Source: Promethearchaeota archaeon (lineage in GTDB: Archaea; Asgardarchaeota; Lokiarchaeia; Sigyniarchaeales; SOKP01). From it: a DNA stretch of 64,000 nucleotides. Location: positions 28,898 through 92,897 of the forward strand of contig JAGXNO010000008.1 in the NCBI GenBank assembly GCA_019894975.1. Reading direction: 5' to 3'. A model generated the notes under the pieces. It saw nothing but the letters and a program-made list of their open reading frames with translations, did no database searches and was not told the origin of the DNA. This document shows, piece after piece, positions 10,337 through 18,619 of this stretch (its first letter is position 1; the number at the start of each line of letters is the position of its first letter). The position numbers were made by a program, and so were the translations under genes.

Positions 10337-11261
10337 ATAATTCAGGTAAGTACTCTTTAATTTGTCTTAAGATCTCCTTGTGAAGCAGCCCATTAGAAGA
10401 AATAATCCCTGGTTTAGTGAAAATGCTTTTACTTTCTTTATATCTTAAAGGTGTACCATCTATATCGGTTACCTTACCTCCTGCTTCTCTGACAATTAAA
10501 TCTCCAGGTAAAAAGTCCCATGTAAACGAACGTTCCAAGTTTATCGGTTTTATATAAAGATCTGCTGTTCCATCAGCGACCATTGCAAATTTAACCATAC
10601 TATCAACTTGAATAAAATTAATTATCCCTATATTTCTTGCGAATTTTATTATCCAAGGTTTATCATAATGTAATGAATGACAGAAACGGAAATCATTTAA
10701 TTTGTTAATTTGACTTACTTTAGTTGGTATGAAATTATTGGTATCATAGGAAACGTGAGTACCATATCCTTGCTCAGCTGAAAAGATAGCTAATGATTTA
10801 CCGTGGTAGTTGGGGGTCGCAATTGCACACGCCTTGGGGACGGAGTTCACCATTAATCCTACACCTACAGCATAGAATAATCCTTTTTGAAAACCGATAG
10901 TTCCATCGATTGGATCTACAGTCCATTGTCGTTTCGATGATTTCCCACGATATTCAATGTAATCTTTTACGTTATTTATTCCCTCTATATTTAATTCATT
11001 GAAACATTGTTTAACAGAATTTTCTGCTTTTTTGCCAAAATAAGTCAAGTTTTCTTCTTCAGCGATTATCTGATCATCTGAAAAATGATTTTGTAACTCA
11101 GACACAATAAATATTTGAGAAGCAAAGTCAGCTAAAGTTACTGGAGACTGGTCAGCTTTTAAAAATGATTTGAATCCTTTGCTTCGAAACCATTCGGTAA
11201 TTTCAGTAGCTTTCTTTACTAGATTTACTGCTAAAGTTAATTCTTTGTTATACCTTGTCAT
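10329..11261 (-). CDS. inositol monophosphatase superfamily protein, HAL2/SAL1-like 3'(2'),5'-bisphosphate nucleotidase
   Basis: KxDxSPVTxADFxSQ, AEE, DPIDGT and WD...EAGGxVTD. Confidence 0.8.
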   Translation of the reverse strand: MTRYNKELTLAVNLVKKATEITEWFRSKGFKSFLKADQSPVTLADFASQIFIVSELQNHFSDDQIIAEEENLTYFGKKAENSVKQCFNELNIEGINNVKDYIEYRGKSSKRQWTVDPIDGTIGFQKGLFYAVGVGLMVNSVPKACAIATPNYHGKSLAIFSAEQGYGTHVSYDTNNFIPTKVSQINKLNDFRFCHSLHYDKPWIIKFARNIGIINFIQVDSMVKFAMVADGTADLYIKPINLERSFTWDFLPGDLIVREAGGKVTDIDGTPLRYKESKSIFTKPGIISSNGLLHKEILRQIKEYLPELFR

Positions 11262-11316
11262 AAAAAAATGGACGATTTAATTGATATGAATTTGATCTTT
11301 ACCTTAAAATTTATCT

Positions 11317-13413
11317 TTACCTTAAAATCGCTTTTATTTCAAATAGATAATTATCTAAAGAGGCTGAAGCCTTGTTTGAAAGATCAAGCTGATTCACCTT
11401 CTTTTTTAATTCTGATTCGAAATTATATTGGTTTAGAAGCCATAATAATTTATGAATCTCGATTTTTTTCTTAAAGTCATTATCAATTTTAAAATGATTT
11501 GAATATGTATTATAAAATGCATCATTAAAAGAAGGTATGTTTAAAGGTTTTAAAATTAAATAATCAATTTTTATAAAATCTTGAGCTCTACTTCCAATAT
11601 ACCAATTATCGAAATCTACTAATCCGTTCAGATGAATTGCACCCTGATCCTCTTTTACAATAACATTTTGACTATGAAAATCATTGTGTAATACCACAAA
11701 TTCATTTTCTTCTTCAATCAATGCTTGATTATCGTTATAATAATCTCTTATTTCTTTCCCAAGATCAATTTTATACTTTTTAGCTTCCTGAATCTCATTT
11801 TCTAATTGATTATTAAAATATTCTGAATAGCTTTTCTTATTTTTTTCCCCAATTTGACTAATGTTTTTATAAAAAGATTTAAATTTAATATTGTGCAGAT
11901 TTCCTAAATGTTCACCTAGATTTTCAAAAATATTTATAAACTTTTTAGAATCCAAGTTCTTTCCTTCAGTGATATATTTATTTATGATTTGAAATAATGG
12001 TTTTCCTCGAATATACTCTTGTACTGAGAAAATATAGGGAATAATTTCTTTACTCTCATCATAGTAGATTAAATTGCTTACAGGCATAATTGGGGGTTTT
12101 TCTTTCTCAAAAATATATGATCCTGTTTTGGAACTAATTATCTCTTTTACTTTTTCTCTTAAATCTGGCTCATCAGGTAGTAGAGTTTTGTCTAAAAGAG
12201 GAAAGAGTAGTTTTTCTTTGACCAAATTTTCATATTGAAAGAATTTACTAGTTCGAAATCTGAATACTAATTGACTTTTTTCAAATTTAACCCTATATAT
12301 CGTGTTTACATCAGCAATATAAGGTCCCTTAATTTTCATAACTTTTCCTTGATGAACTAAAACATCAATTTTTGAAAAAATATCTATAATATCTTGAAAT
12401 TGGTAAAGGTCCTTTGTTCCTATATAATACAGTTGATAAATTTGTTTATTGTTAAGCAATGAATTAACAGTGGCTTCTATTCGTTCTTTACTTATTGTTT
12501 CAATTTCATTTTGAAGCGTAGTAGTGAGATTATTAACTTCTTCATTCGTTGTTGATATTAAATCTCTATATAAATGCAGAAACGCATATTTTAATCCACG
12601 TTTTTCTTGGTCTACTTCAGCTTTAATATCATAAATGTTAGTTCTGATATCGTTAATTTGTTCTTGCAATTGTAGAAGTTCTAAGAGATTATCTTCTAAC
12701 GCATAATAGTAGAGTTTTGAAAACATATTGACCAAGTTACTTATACTCGATACAATCCCACTATTTTTTCTTTGGTTCAAGGGGATAAGTTGAAAGAAAT
12801 TTTGAGAGTTTTCTTCGAGTCCACAGAAAACTGAAAAATTCTCGTTTAGTAACTCAAGATAAGATTTACACATCTTGATATTATAGAAAGAATCATTTAA
12901 ACCTCTTAAAGATGTGAATTCAGTTAATTTTTTTAACGAAGCAGGGTCAATCTCATTTCTAGCACTTTGAGGAGGATTATTATATAAATAGATCTTATTT
13001 TTAGGATTAATAGAGCCTAAAATGTTTTCAAAATATGAATTTATTTCATCTGCTGGAAGTTTTTCCAAAGCGGGAGGAGAAATCATGTAATTAAGATCTT
13101 CATATTTACGACCTAAACTTTCAATTTGGTTAATTACATCATTAGCAGAATCACCATGGATTCCGATAAGGACTGGAATTCTATTTTCAGAAAAATTCAA
13201 TGTTAAATCGATAAGTTTAGACATTTCTTCAAGATTATTTAAAAAAAGTCTCCCGTCCCCCATTCTACCAAACAGCAAGATTGCGTTGGCATCATTTGTT
13301 AAGATATGACGTATAAGAAGTGAATTTAAATTTTCTAAAATTTCACCATTCCTATTGAAAAAAGTTAAAGCATCACAGATAACCCCGTTGATTGGAGACA
13401 TTTTAAATTTCAC
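11317..13413 (-). CDS. fusion: degenerate DapA/DHDPS-family TIM barrel plus C-terminal APH/choline-kinase-like phosphotransferase; start may be the ATG at 13401
   Basis: N-terminal GVIxxxxTFF, RIPVLIG, LYNNP, GLNDS; C-terminal HNDFHSQN and VDFD. Confidence 0.75.
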   Translation of the reverse strand: MKFKMSPINGVICDALTFFNRNGEILENLNSLLIRHILTNDANAILLFGRMGDGRLFLNNLEEMSKLIDLTLNFSENRIPVLIGIHGDSANDVINQIESLGRKYEDLNYMISPPALEKLPADEINSYFENILGSINPKNKIYLYNNPPQSARNEIDPASLKKLTEFTSLRGLNDSFYNIKMCKSYLELLNENFSVFCGLEENSQNFFQLIPLNQRKNSGIVSSISNLVNMFSKLYYYALEDNLLELLQLQEQINDIRTNIYDIKAEVDQEKRGLKYAFLHLYRDLISTTNEEVNNLTTTLQNEIETISKERIEATVNSLLNNKQIYQLYYIGTKDLYQFQDIIDIFSKIDVLVHQGKVMKIKGPYIADVNTIYRVKFEKSQLVFRFRTSKFFQYENLVKEKLLFPLLDKTLLPDEPDLREKVKEIISSKTGSYIFEKEKPPIMPVSNLIYYDESKEIIPYIFSVQEYIRGKPLFQIINKYITEGKNLDSKKFINIFENLGEHLGNLHNIKFKSFYKNISQIGEKNKKSYSEYFNNQLENEIQEAKKYKIDLGKEIRDYYNDNQALIEEENEFVVLHNDFHSQNVIVKEDQGAIHLNGLVDFDNWYIGSRAQDFIKIDYLILKPLNIPSFNDAFYNTYSNHFKIDNDFKKKIEIHKLLWLLNQYNFESELKKKVNQLDLSNKASASLDNYLFEIKAILR

Positions 13414-13692
13414 TTCTTAAAGTATGGAAGTAATATGAATTTTTATAATGTTATAAGTATATCAACTTTAAAGAGTTAATATGGTTTTTATATAAAATAT
13501 TTTTAAAATTATAGCTCATATTTTATAACTCTCTTATTAATAATTACTTATTTAATTTAAATAGATTTGATAAACCTTTTAAAGAAAGGGTTAATGTTTT
13601 CTGTAAAATTGACGGTATTAGTTTATTGATCGTATCCATTGGCACTTTTAGTTATGTAGAAAACAAAAAGAATATTTTTTTTAATGATCCTT

Positions 13693-15378
13693 CTAGATTT
13701 TCTTAGATTCTTTAAAAATTTCAAAAATGTCTTTTTCATAATCTATTGTGTCTTCTGGTAATAGGCTTGGATCTTTAACCAGTTTAGCCAAATAATAGAT
13801 TTTTGCCCCTCTTTCAAGGTATTGTAGAACTGTATAAGCGCCTTCTAAGTGGCTTCCGCAACATAAGTTACCGTGATTAGAGAGTAAAACTGCATTTCTT
13901 TCATCCAAGTCCTTTATGACGGTTTCTGCTAATTCTTCTGTGCCCGCTTCTTCATATTTTGCACATAATACTTCACCACCTATATAGGGAACTAATTCTT
14001 CCATTAACGGAGGGAGGGAGAGATTTAAGGTGCTAAGAACAGTGGAATAAATACTATGAGCATGTATAATCGCATTTATATCTTCTCGCTCCTTATACAC
14101 ACTTAAATGCATTTGCTTCTCTACTGAAGGATTTCTGTCACCATCAATAACTTTACCTCCCATATCAATGATAAGAATGTCTTCTGGTTTCATCTCAATG
14201 TAATTAACATTACTTGGTGTGATTAGCACATATTCAGAATCATCGTCTTTTACTCTGACACTTACATTCCCTGCAGAACCGATCACATGCTTGTCTTTTA
14301 ACAGAATTTTACAAAAATCGACTATTTTCTTTCTCAAATCATTAATATCTAGGTTGGAAATGACTTTTTTATCTGTTAAAACTTCGGGATTCATAATGTT
14401 TCTTGGTATCTTATTGTTTAACCACAATTTGATATCCTCTAAGAGCATTTGAGATTGACGTTCAATTACTTCTTTTGTATCACCCCCAATATGGGGTGAA
14501 ATGATGGTATTTGAGAATTTTAGAAATTTATTGTCCTCATCAATAGGTTCTAAGGGGAAGACATCTAAAGCTGCTCCTGCTATTTTTTTCTGTTCTAATG
14601 CTTTCTCTAACGCTTCATAATCAACTAAACTTCCCTTGGCAGTATTTATTAAATAAGCCGTCTTTTTCATTGATTCTAATCTTTTTTCATTGATAAGATT
14701 ATCATTCTCATCTGTGGCAGTAGCATGAATAGTTATAAAATCAGAATTTCGTACAAGAAAATCTATATCGACTATATCCCCATATTCATTTGCAACTGTT
14801 TTTGGTACGAAGGGATCGTAAATAAGGAATTTTACTCCAAAGGCTTTTAATCTTTTTGCTACTCTTATTCCAATTTGACCAAAACCAATAATCCCAACCG
14901 TTTTTCCTCCTAATTCAGTACCTTTAAATTGCACAAAATAATCTACCCAGTTTTCAAAATCTATAACTTCGAACTTTTCAGAATGAAGAATTCTTTCTAC
15001 TTCAGGGATTTTACGAGCAAGCATTAATATATAACAAACGGTTAAATCGGCGACAGCATCAACATTCCTAAAAGGTGTATTAAGGACAGGTAATCCTTTC
15101 TCTGTTGCAGCAATGAGGTTAACATTAAACGGATCTCCTCTGCATGAGATGAGTAATTTTATATTAGTTAACTCATAAAATTCCTTTTTTTTAACATCAT
15201 CAGTCTCCGTAATAAAAATATCTATACCTTCTAGTTTTTCTGCCAATTCTTTAGCATCAAAATATATTTCTCGAGTTTGAACCCATGGTTCATAAACAAC
15301 TTCCATTAATTTTCTTAATTCGTTTAGAACCTCGGGACTTAAACTTGCGGTTACCAAAGCCTTCATATTCATCATCAC
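13693..15378 (-). CDS. fusion: D-isomer-specific 2-hydroxyacid dehydrogenase plus class II aldolase
   Basis: GIIGFGQIG, INTAKG, ALDVFPLEP, SPHIGG, followed by GNVS, ITPS, PSVE, HAHS and NHG. Confidence 0.88.
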   Translation of the reverse strand: MMMNMKALVTASLSPEVLNELRKLMEVVYEPWVQTREIYFDAKELAEKLEGIDIFITETDDVKKKEFYELTNIKLLISCRGDPFNVNLIAATEKGLPVLNTPFRNVDAVADLTVCYILMLARKIPEVERILHSEKFEVIDFENWVDYFVQFKGTELGGKTVGIIGFGQIGIRVAKRLKAFGVKFLIYDPFVPKTVANEYGDIVDIDFLVRNSDFITIHATATDENDNLINEKRLESMKKTAYLINTAKGSLVDYEALEKALEQKKIAGAALDVFPLEPIDEDNKFLKFSNTIISPHIGGDTKEVIERQSQMLLEDIKLWLNNKIPRNIMNPEVLTDKKVISNLDINDLRKKIVDFCKILLKDKHVIGSAGNVSVRVKDDDSEYVLITPSNVNYIEMKPEDILIIDMGGKVIDGDRNPSVEKQMHLSVYKEREDINAIIHAHSIYSTVLSTLNLSLPPLMEELVPYIGGEVLCAKYEEAGTEELAETVIKDLDERNAVLLSNHGNLCCGSHLEGAYTVLQYLERGAKIYYLAKLVKDPSLLPEDTIDYEKDIFEIFKESKKI

Positions 15379-15410
15379 ACAAACATTATGAAAAATTAAT
15401 TAAAAAATAT

Positions 15411-15761
15411 TTAGAAAAGTAAGCTCTTTAATTTTAGTAAGTTCCTTATTTTCCCTTCAACTACTTTTATTTGACCAGAGCTATATGCTTTCACAGCTCC
15501 AATTTCTTTATTAAACAATCCAATTAGGGTCTTTTCAGTAGTAAATTCTATTTTGACAGGTATATCTTTATTTCCAGAATTATTTTCTATTTTAATTCCT
15601 TTATCTCCATTTACCAAAATAATGAACGAATATCCACTATCCAAAAAGGTAACTTGGATTGGATCATTGTAATTTACTAATTTTCTTCTAACTTTTTCAG
15701 TATTATTATAACGATCTTCAATTTCTTTTAAACAACCTGCAATATCTTCGAATTTTGACAT
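15411..15761 (-). CDS. SCP2 sterol/lipid-binding domain protein
   Basis: 116 aa with C-terminal AVKAYSSGQIKVVEG...LLKL, typical of SCP2. Confidence 0.7.
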   Translation of the reverse strand: MSKFEDIAGCLKEIEDRYNNTEKVRRKLVNYNDPIQVTFLDSGYSFIILVNGDKGIKIENNSGNKDIPVKIEFTTEKTLIGLFNKEIGAVKAYSSGQIKVVEGKIRNLLKLKSLLF

Positions 15762-15874
15762 TACTTTAATATCCCCATTTTATTTTTTACTCTTTTCAAT
15801 ATTTCATATAAGTGTTGAATGAGTATTAAAGAATTCTTGGCAGTAATTTGATTATAAAATATAGAAAAAAATAA

Positions 15875-15978
15875 CGGGCTATGAGGGATGTGTTCAGAAA
15901 ACGCTCAATGCGAGTCCCGTTGAACCCCCGACCTGCCGGTTAAGAGCCGGTTGCGCTACCTGCCTGCGCCAATAGCCC
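15875..15978 (-). tRNA. tRNA-Lys(CTT) with a 30-nt intron in the T-loop (position 58/59; intron 15890-15919)
   Basis: Acceptor GGGCTAT/ATAGCCC, D stem GCGC/GCGC, anticodon loop CT-CTT-AA; removing the intron restores TTCAAAT; bulge-helix-bulge with central helix GTTC/GAAC. Confidence 0.9.
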
Positions 15979-16005
15979 ATTTTATATTAAAATCAATCAT
16001 CAAAA

Positions 16006-16107
16006 CGCAGATGGAGGGATTCGAACCCCCGAGCGCTTATGCGCACTGGCTCACTTGGTTGTATAATACACTCAAGGCCAGCGTCTTACCAACTAGGCTA
16101 CATCTGC
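16006..16107 (-). tRNA. tRNA-Ser(TGA) with a canonical 19-nt intron at 37/38 (16052-16070)
   Basis: Acceptor GCAGATG/CATCTGC, anticodon stem CTGGC/GCCAG, long variable arm, G73; BHB central helix CTTG/CAAG. Confidence 0.92.
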
Positions 16108-16243
16108 TATTTTATTGACATCGATTGATCAAATTAGATTATGTTTACTCTAATAAAATTTTTTTTCTTTTTCATTGCTTTTTGCTTAATTCTCTCTTGA
16201 ATTTAAAGAAAAATATAAATTTTATGCTACATAGGGTATTAAT

Positions 16244-16732
16244 ATGAGTGGGGCAAAAGATTTTCGTTATTTAATACCTGAAAGTTTGTTTAAGGAAATA
16301 ACTCAAAAGGCGGCGGAAGAATATCCTCAAATTTGCCACGGCTGGTTATTTGCTGATAGAAAAGAAAATTTCGGAATCTGTACTCAATTCACCATGAATT
16401 CCGATTTACGCAGAACAAAAATACATGTAAAACCAAGAAGCTGGATGAGATATAAGAAATCTAAAATCTATAACATGCGGAAGTTTAAACAAGAGATGGC
16501 GACGGATATTGTATGGCAGTGGCACTCCCATCCTTCCGGTAGTGATAAGCTACACGCTATAGATAAGCGGATCTTAAAATATTTATCAAATGGAGTTATG
16601 ATAATCGTTGTACCAGAAGTACCAAATAGAGAACCAGAACAAAAAGCACATCTTGTCGGTTGGTATTATGACAAACGCTATACAAAGAAGCCTATCATTG
16701 AAAAAATGGTTTTCGAAATAATCTCCGAATAA
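16244..16732 (+). CDS. JAB/MPN (Mov34/JAMM) domain protein, divergent
   Basis: WHSHP-x10-D spacing (HSHPSGSDKLHAID) and an MPN-like N-terminus. Confidence 0.7.
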   Translation: MSGAKDFRYLIPESLFKEITQKAAEEYPQICHGWLFADRKENFGICTQFTMNSDLRRTKIHVKPRSWMRYKKSKIYNMRKFKQEMATDIVWQWHSHPSGSDKLHAIDKRILKYLSNGVMIIVVPEVPNREPEQKAHLVGWYYDKRYTKKPIIEKMVFEIISE

Positions 16733-16861
16733 TTTATTTCAGGTTTATTTCTTCTTTTTATTCTTCTAATCTTTTTTTCAAACAATTTTGTTATATAATA
16801 AAATATTAAAATTTTGAATCGTTATATTGAAAGTATACCTTATCAAATCTTTAGCAATTAT

Positions 16862-16944
16862 GCAATCGTTGCCTAGCCTGGTACGGCGCTGGTCTGCTAA
16901 ACCAGTATCCTACGGATGCGTGGGTTCGAATCCCACCGATTGCG
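16862..16944 (+). tRNA. tRNA-Ser(GCT)
   Basis: GCAATCG/CGATTGC acceptor, CTGGT-CTGCTAA-ACCAG anticodon arm, long variable arm, TTCGAAT T-loop. Confidence 0.95.
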
Positions 16945-16953
16945 CTTAATTAA

Positions 16954-17029
16954 GGGCCAGTGGTCTAGTGGTGATGACGCCTCGCTTACACCGAGGAAAT
17001 CGGGAGTTCAAACCTCTCCTGGCCCACCA
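16954..17029 (+). tRNA. tRNA-Val(TAC), CCA encoded
   Basis: GGGCCAG/CTGGCCC acceptor, CCTCG-CTTACAC-CGAGG anticodon arm, ACCA 3' end; starts 9 nt after tRNA-Ser(GCT). Confidence 0.95.
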
Positions 17030-17035
17030 TTTCTT

Positions 17036-17830
17036 TTATTTAGACAATCTTCTCATTCTTTTTGGCAACAATACACCAAATTTACAATTTTCTAAGTCTT
17101 TTCCAATACGAGATATGATCCCCGGGGCATTAGAATCCTGTTTCAAAAGTATTAGATTTTCTAAAAAACCAAATCTCTTTACGGTAATTATATCCCTAAA
17201 ATGACCCTTTCTCACAATTACTTTCTTAAATTGCCCCTTAGTCTCTCCGCTTAAGAAGATAGCCTCGAGATTCTCATCCATAATCTTTTTAAAGATATCT
17301 ATTGTACTTTGGGCTATTTCTCCTTGGATTTCATGCTTTTCTTTATCTATTTTTAGAATTTTCACTTCAATTGGGAAATGATCGATAAAATCATAAGCTT
17401 CAATTATCTCTGGCAAAGATTTTTCACGTCCTTTACATAATTGATCTCTGAGAGAGTGTAAATTAATTAGTACATCAACCGGAGGGTTCATAATTGCACA
17501 ATCTACAAATATACCGAACCCAACGCCCCCTACTTCGACAAGCGTTCCTTTATAAATTCCGCCTTCTTTAATCTCCTTAAATTCTTTAACAAAACCAATT
17601 TCGTTCTTTAATATATTAGATACAAAGACTTCTTCAGACCCACTAATCGTAATTTCAAATCGTTTATCAAAATCTCGTAGTTTTTTTATTTTCAGTGAAG
17701 TATCTGGAAAACCTTTTACCTTTTCTCCTAAGTATTTTAAATATCTCAAGAAGATATCTTCCTTTTGCTTCTTCTTAGAAACAAAATAGATTTTGTCAAA
17801 TAAAACCAAATTTTTAACCATAGTGAACAC
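17036..17830 (-). CDS. DUF2110-like conserved archaeal protein (S1/OB-like core)
   Basis: YxGTLVxVGxVGFGIFVD, FIDHFPIEV, GHxRDI and APGII patterns recalled from this family. Confidence 0.65.
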   Translation of the reverse strand: MFTMVKNLVLFDKIYFVSKKKQKEDIFLRYLKYLGEKVKGFPDTSLKIKKLRDFDKRFEITISGSEEVFVSNILKNEIGFVKEFKEIKEGGIYKGTLVEVGGVGFGIFVDCAIMNPPVDVLINLHSLRDQLCKGREKSLPEIIEAYDFIDHFPIEVKILKIDKEKHEIQGEIAQSTIDIFKKIMDENLEAIFLSGETKGQFKKVIVRKGHFRDIITVKRFGFLENLILLKQDSNAPGIISRIGKDLENCKFGVLLPKRMRRLSK

Positions 17831-17996
17831 AATGTAGCTAGAGGTTAAGAGAAGTTATGTAGTTTAATATTTTAAAGGTAAAATACTTTTCCTATATATT
17901 AAGGACCTATTTTTTTGGTTCTAAAAAGACTTAAATTTCTAAGTTATTATCTTTCATTTAACTAAATACAGATTTTAATTAGAAGTTGAAAAAATT

Positions 17997-18368
17997 ATGG
18001 AAGAGCAAAGATTTCAAGTATTAGTCAAGACTTTACAAGAACAAGAAGGCATAGAAGAAATTTTTCTGTTAAATAAAGGTGGGGAGGTCGTCTATAAATC
18101 AGCAGATTTTCAGCTATCAAACGAAGAAGCAGGTGCACTTCTTACTGCATGGAAAACAAAAGAACCTGCAATTATGTTTCAAAACTATAGATTTGCCGTT
18201 TTAAAAAATGAGGAAATCCAACTTGCTGCCAGAAACATTAGTGGTGGAAAAGGAAATATCGTTGGTTCAGTTACAAAGGAAGGAGATTATCTAGTAGCGC
18301 ATACTAGGGATGAAGGGCTTATCATTTTAGAGTGGTCAATATTTATAAATAAAGTTGCGTGGTCGTAG
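17997..18368 (+). CDS. profilin-like protein
   Basis: 123 aa; IFLLNKGGEVVYKS and IMFQNYRFAVLK...ARNISGGKGNIV match the Asgard profilin strand pattern as recalled. Confidence 0.7.
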   Translation: MEEQRFQVLVKTLQEQEGIEEIFLLNKGGEVVYKSADFQLSNEEAGALLTAWKTKEPAIMFQNYRFAVLKNEEIQLAARNISGGKGNIVGSVTKEGDYLVAHTRDEGLIILEWSIFINKVAWS

Positions 18369-18534
18369 CTCCTTTCAAAAAAAGATAAATAAAACCTTCT
18401 CTACATTCTTTTTTCACTCAAAATTTATCCTTTTTTTAAATTATTTAAACAAAATATTTATTTTAGAATTTATTACTACAATTTAACTAAGTAAAACAAA
18501 AAAATAATATAAAAAATAGAATTAATTAAGATTT

Positions 18535-18579
18535 AAAATTTAAGAGTATTAACCTATTTGGTTAAACTCTTTAGGTTTT
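18535..18579 (+). promoter_or_regulatory. stem-loop upstream of psmA
   Basis: AAGAGT(A)TTAACC-tattt-GGTTAA-ACTCTT, extendable by AAAATTTAA/TTAGGTTTT with G-U pairs. Confidence 0.45.
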
Positions 18580-18619
18580 TAAAAAACATATTAAATAGAA
18601 CTAAGGAGGATATGCAAAA

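Noticed and set aside
13573-13592. Short inverted repeat AACCTTTT-AAAG-AAAGGGTT in an intergenic region
   Set aside because: Short and AT-rich; expected by chance
15875-17029. tRNA cluster as an integration site for a mobile element
   Set aside because: No integrase or transposase and no duplicated tRNA 3' end was seen in the window
16968-17204. 78-aa ORF on the + strand
   Set aside because: It overlaps tRNA-Val and runs antisense to the DUF2110-like gene
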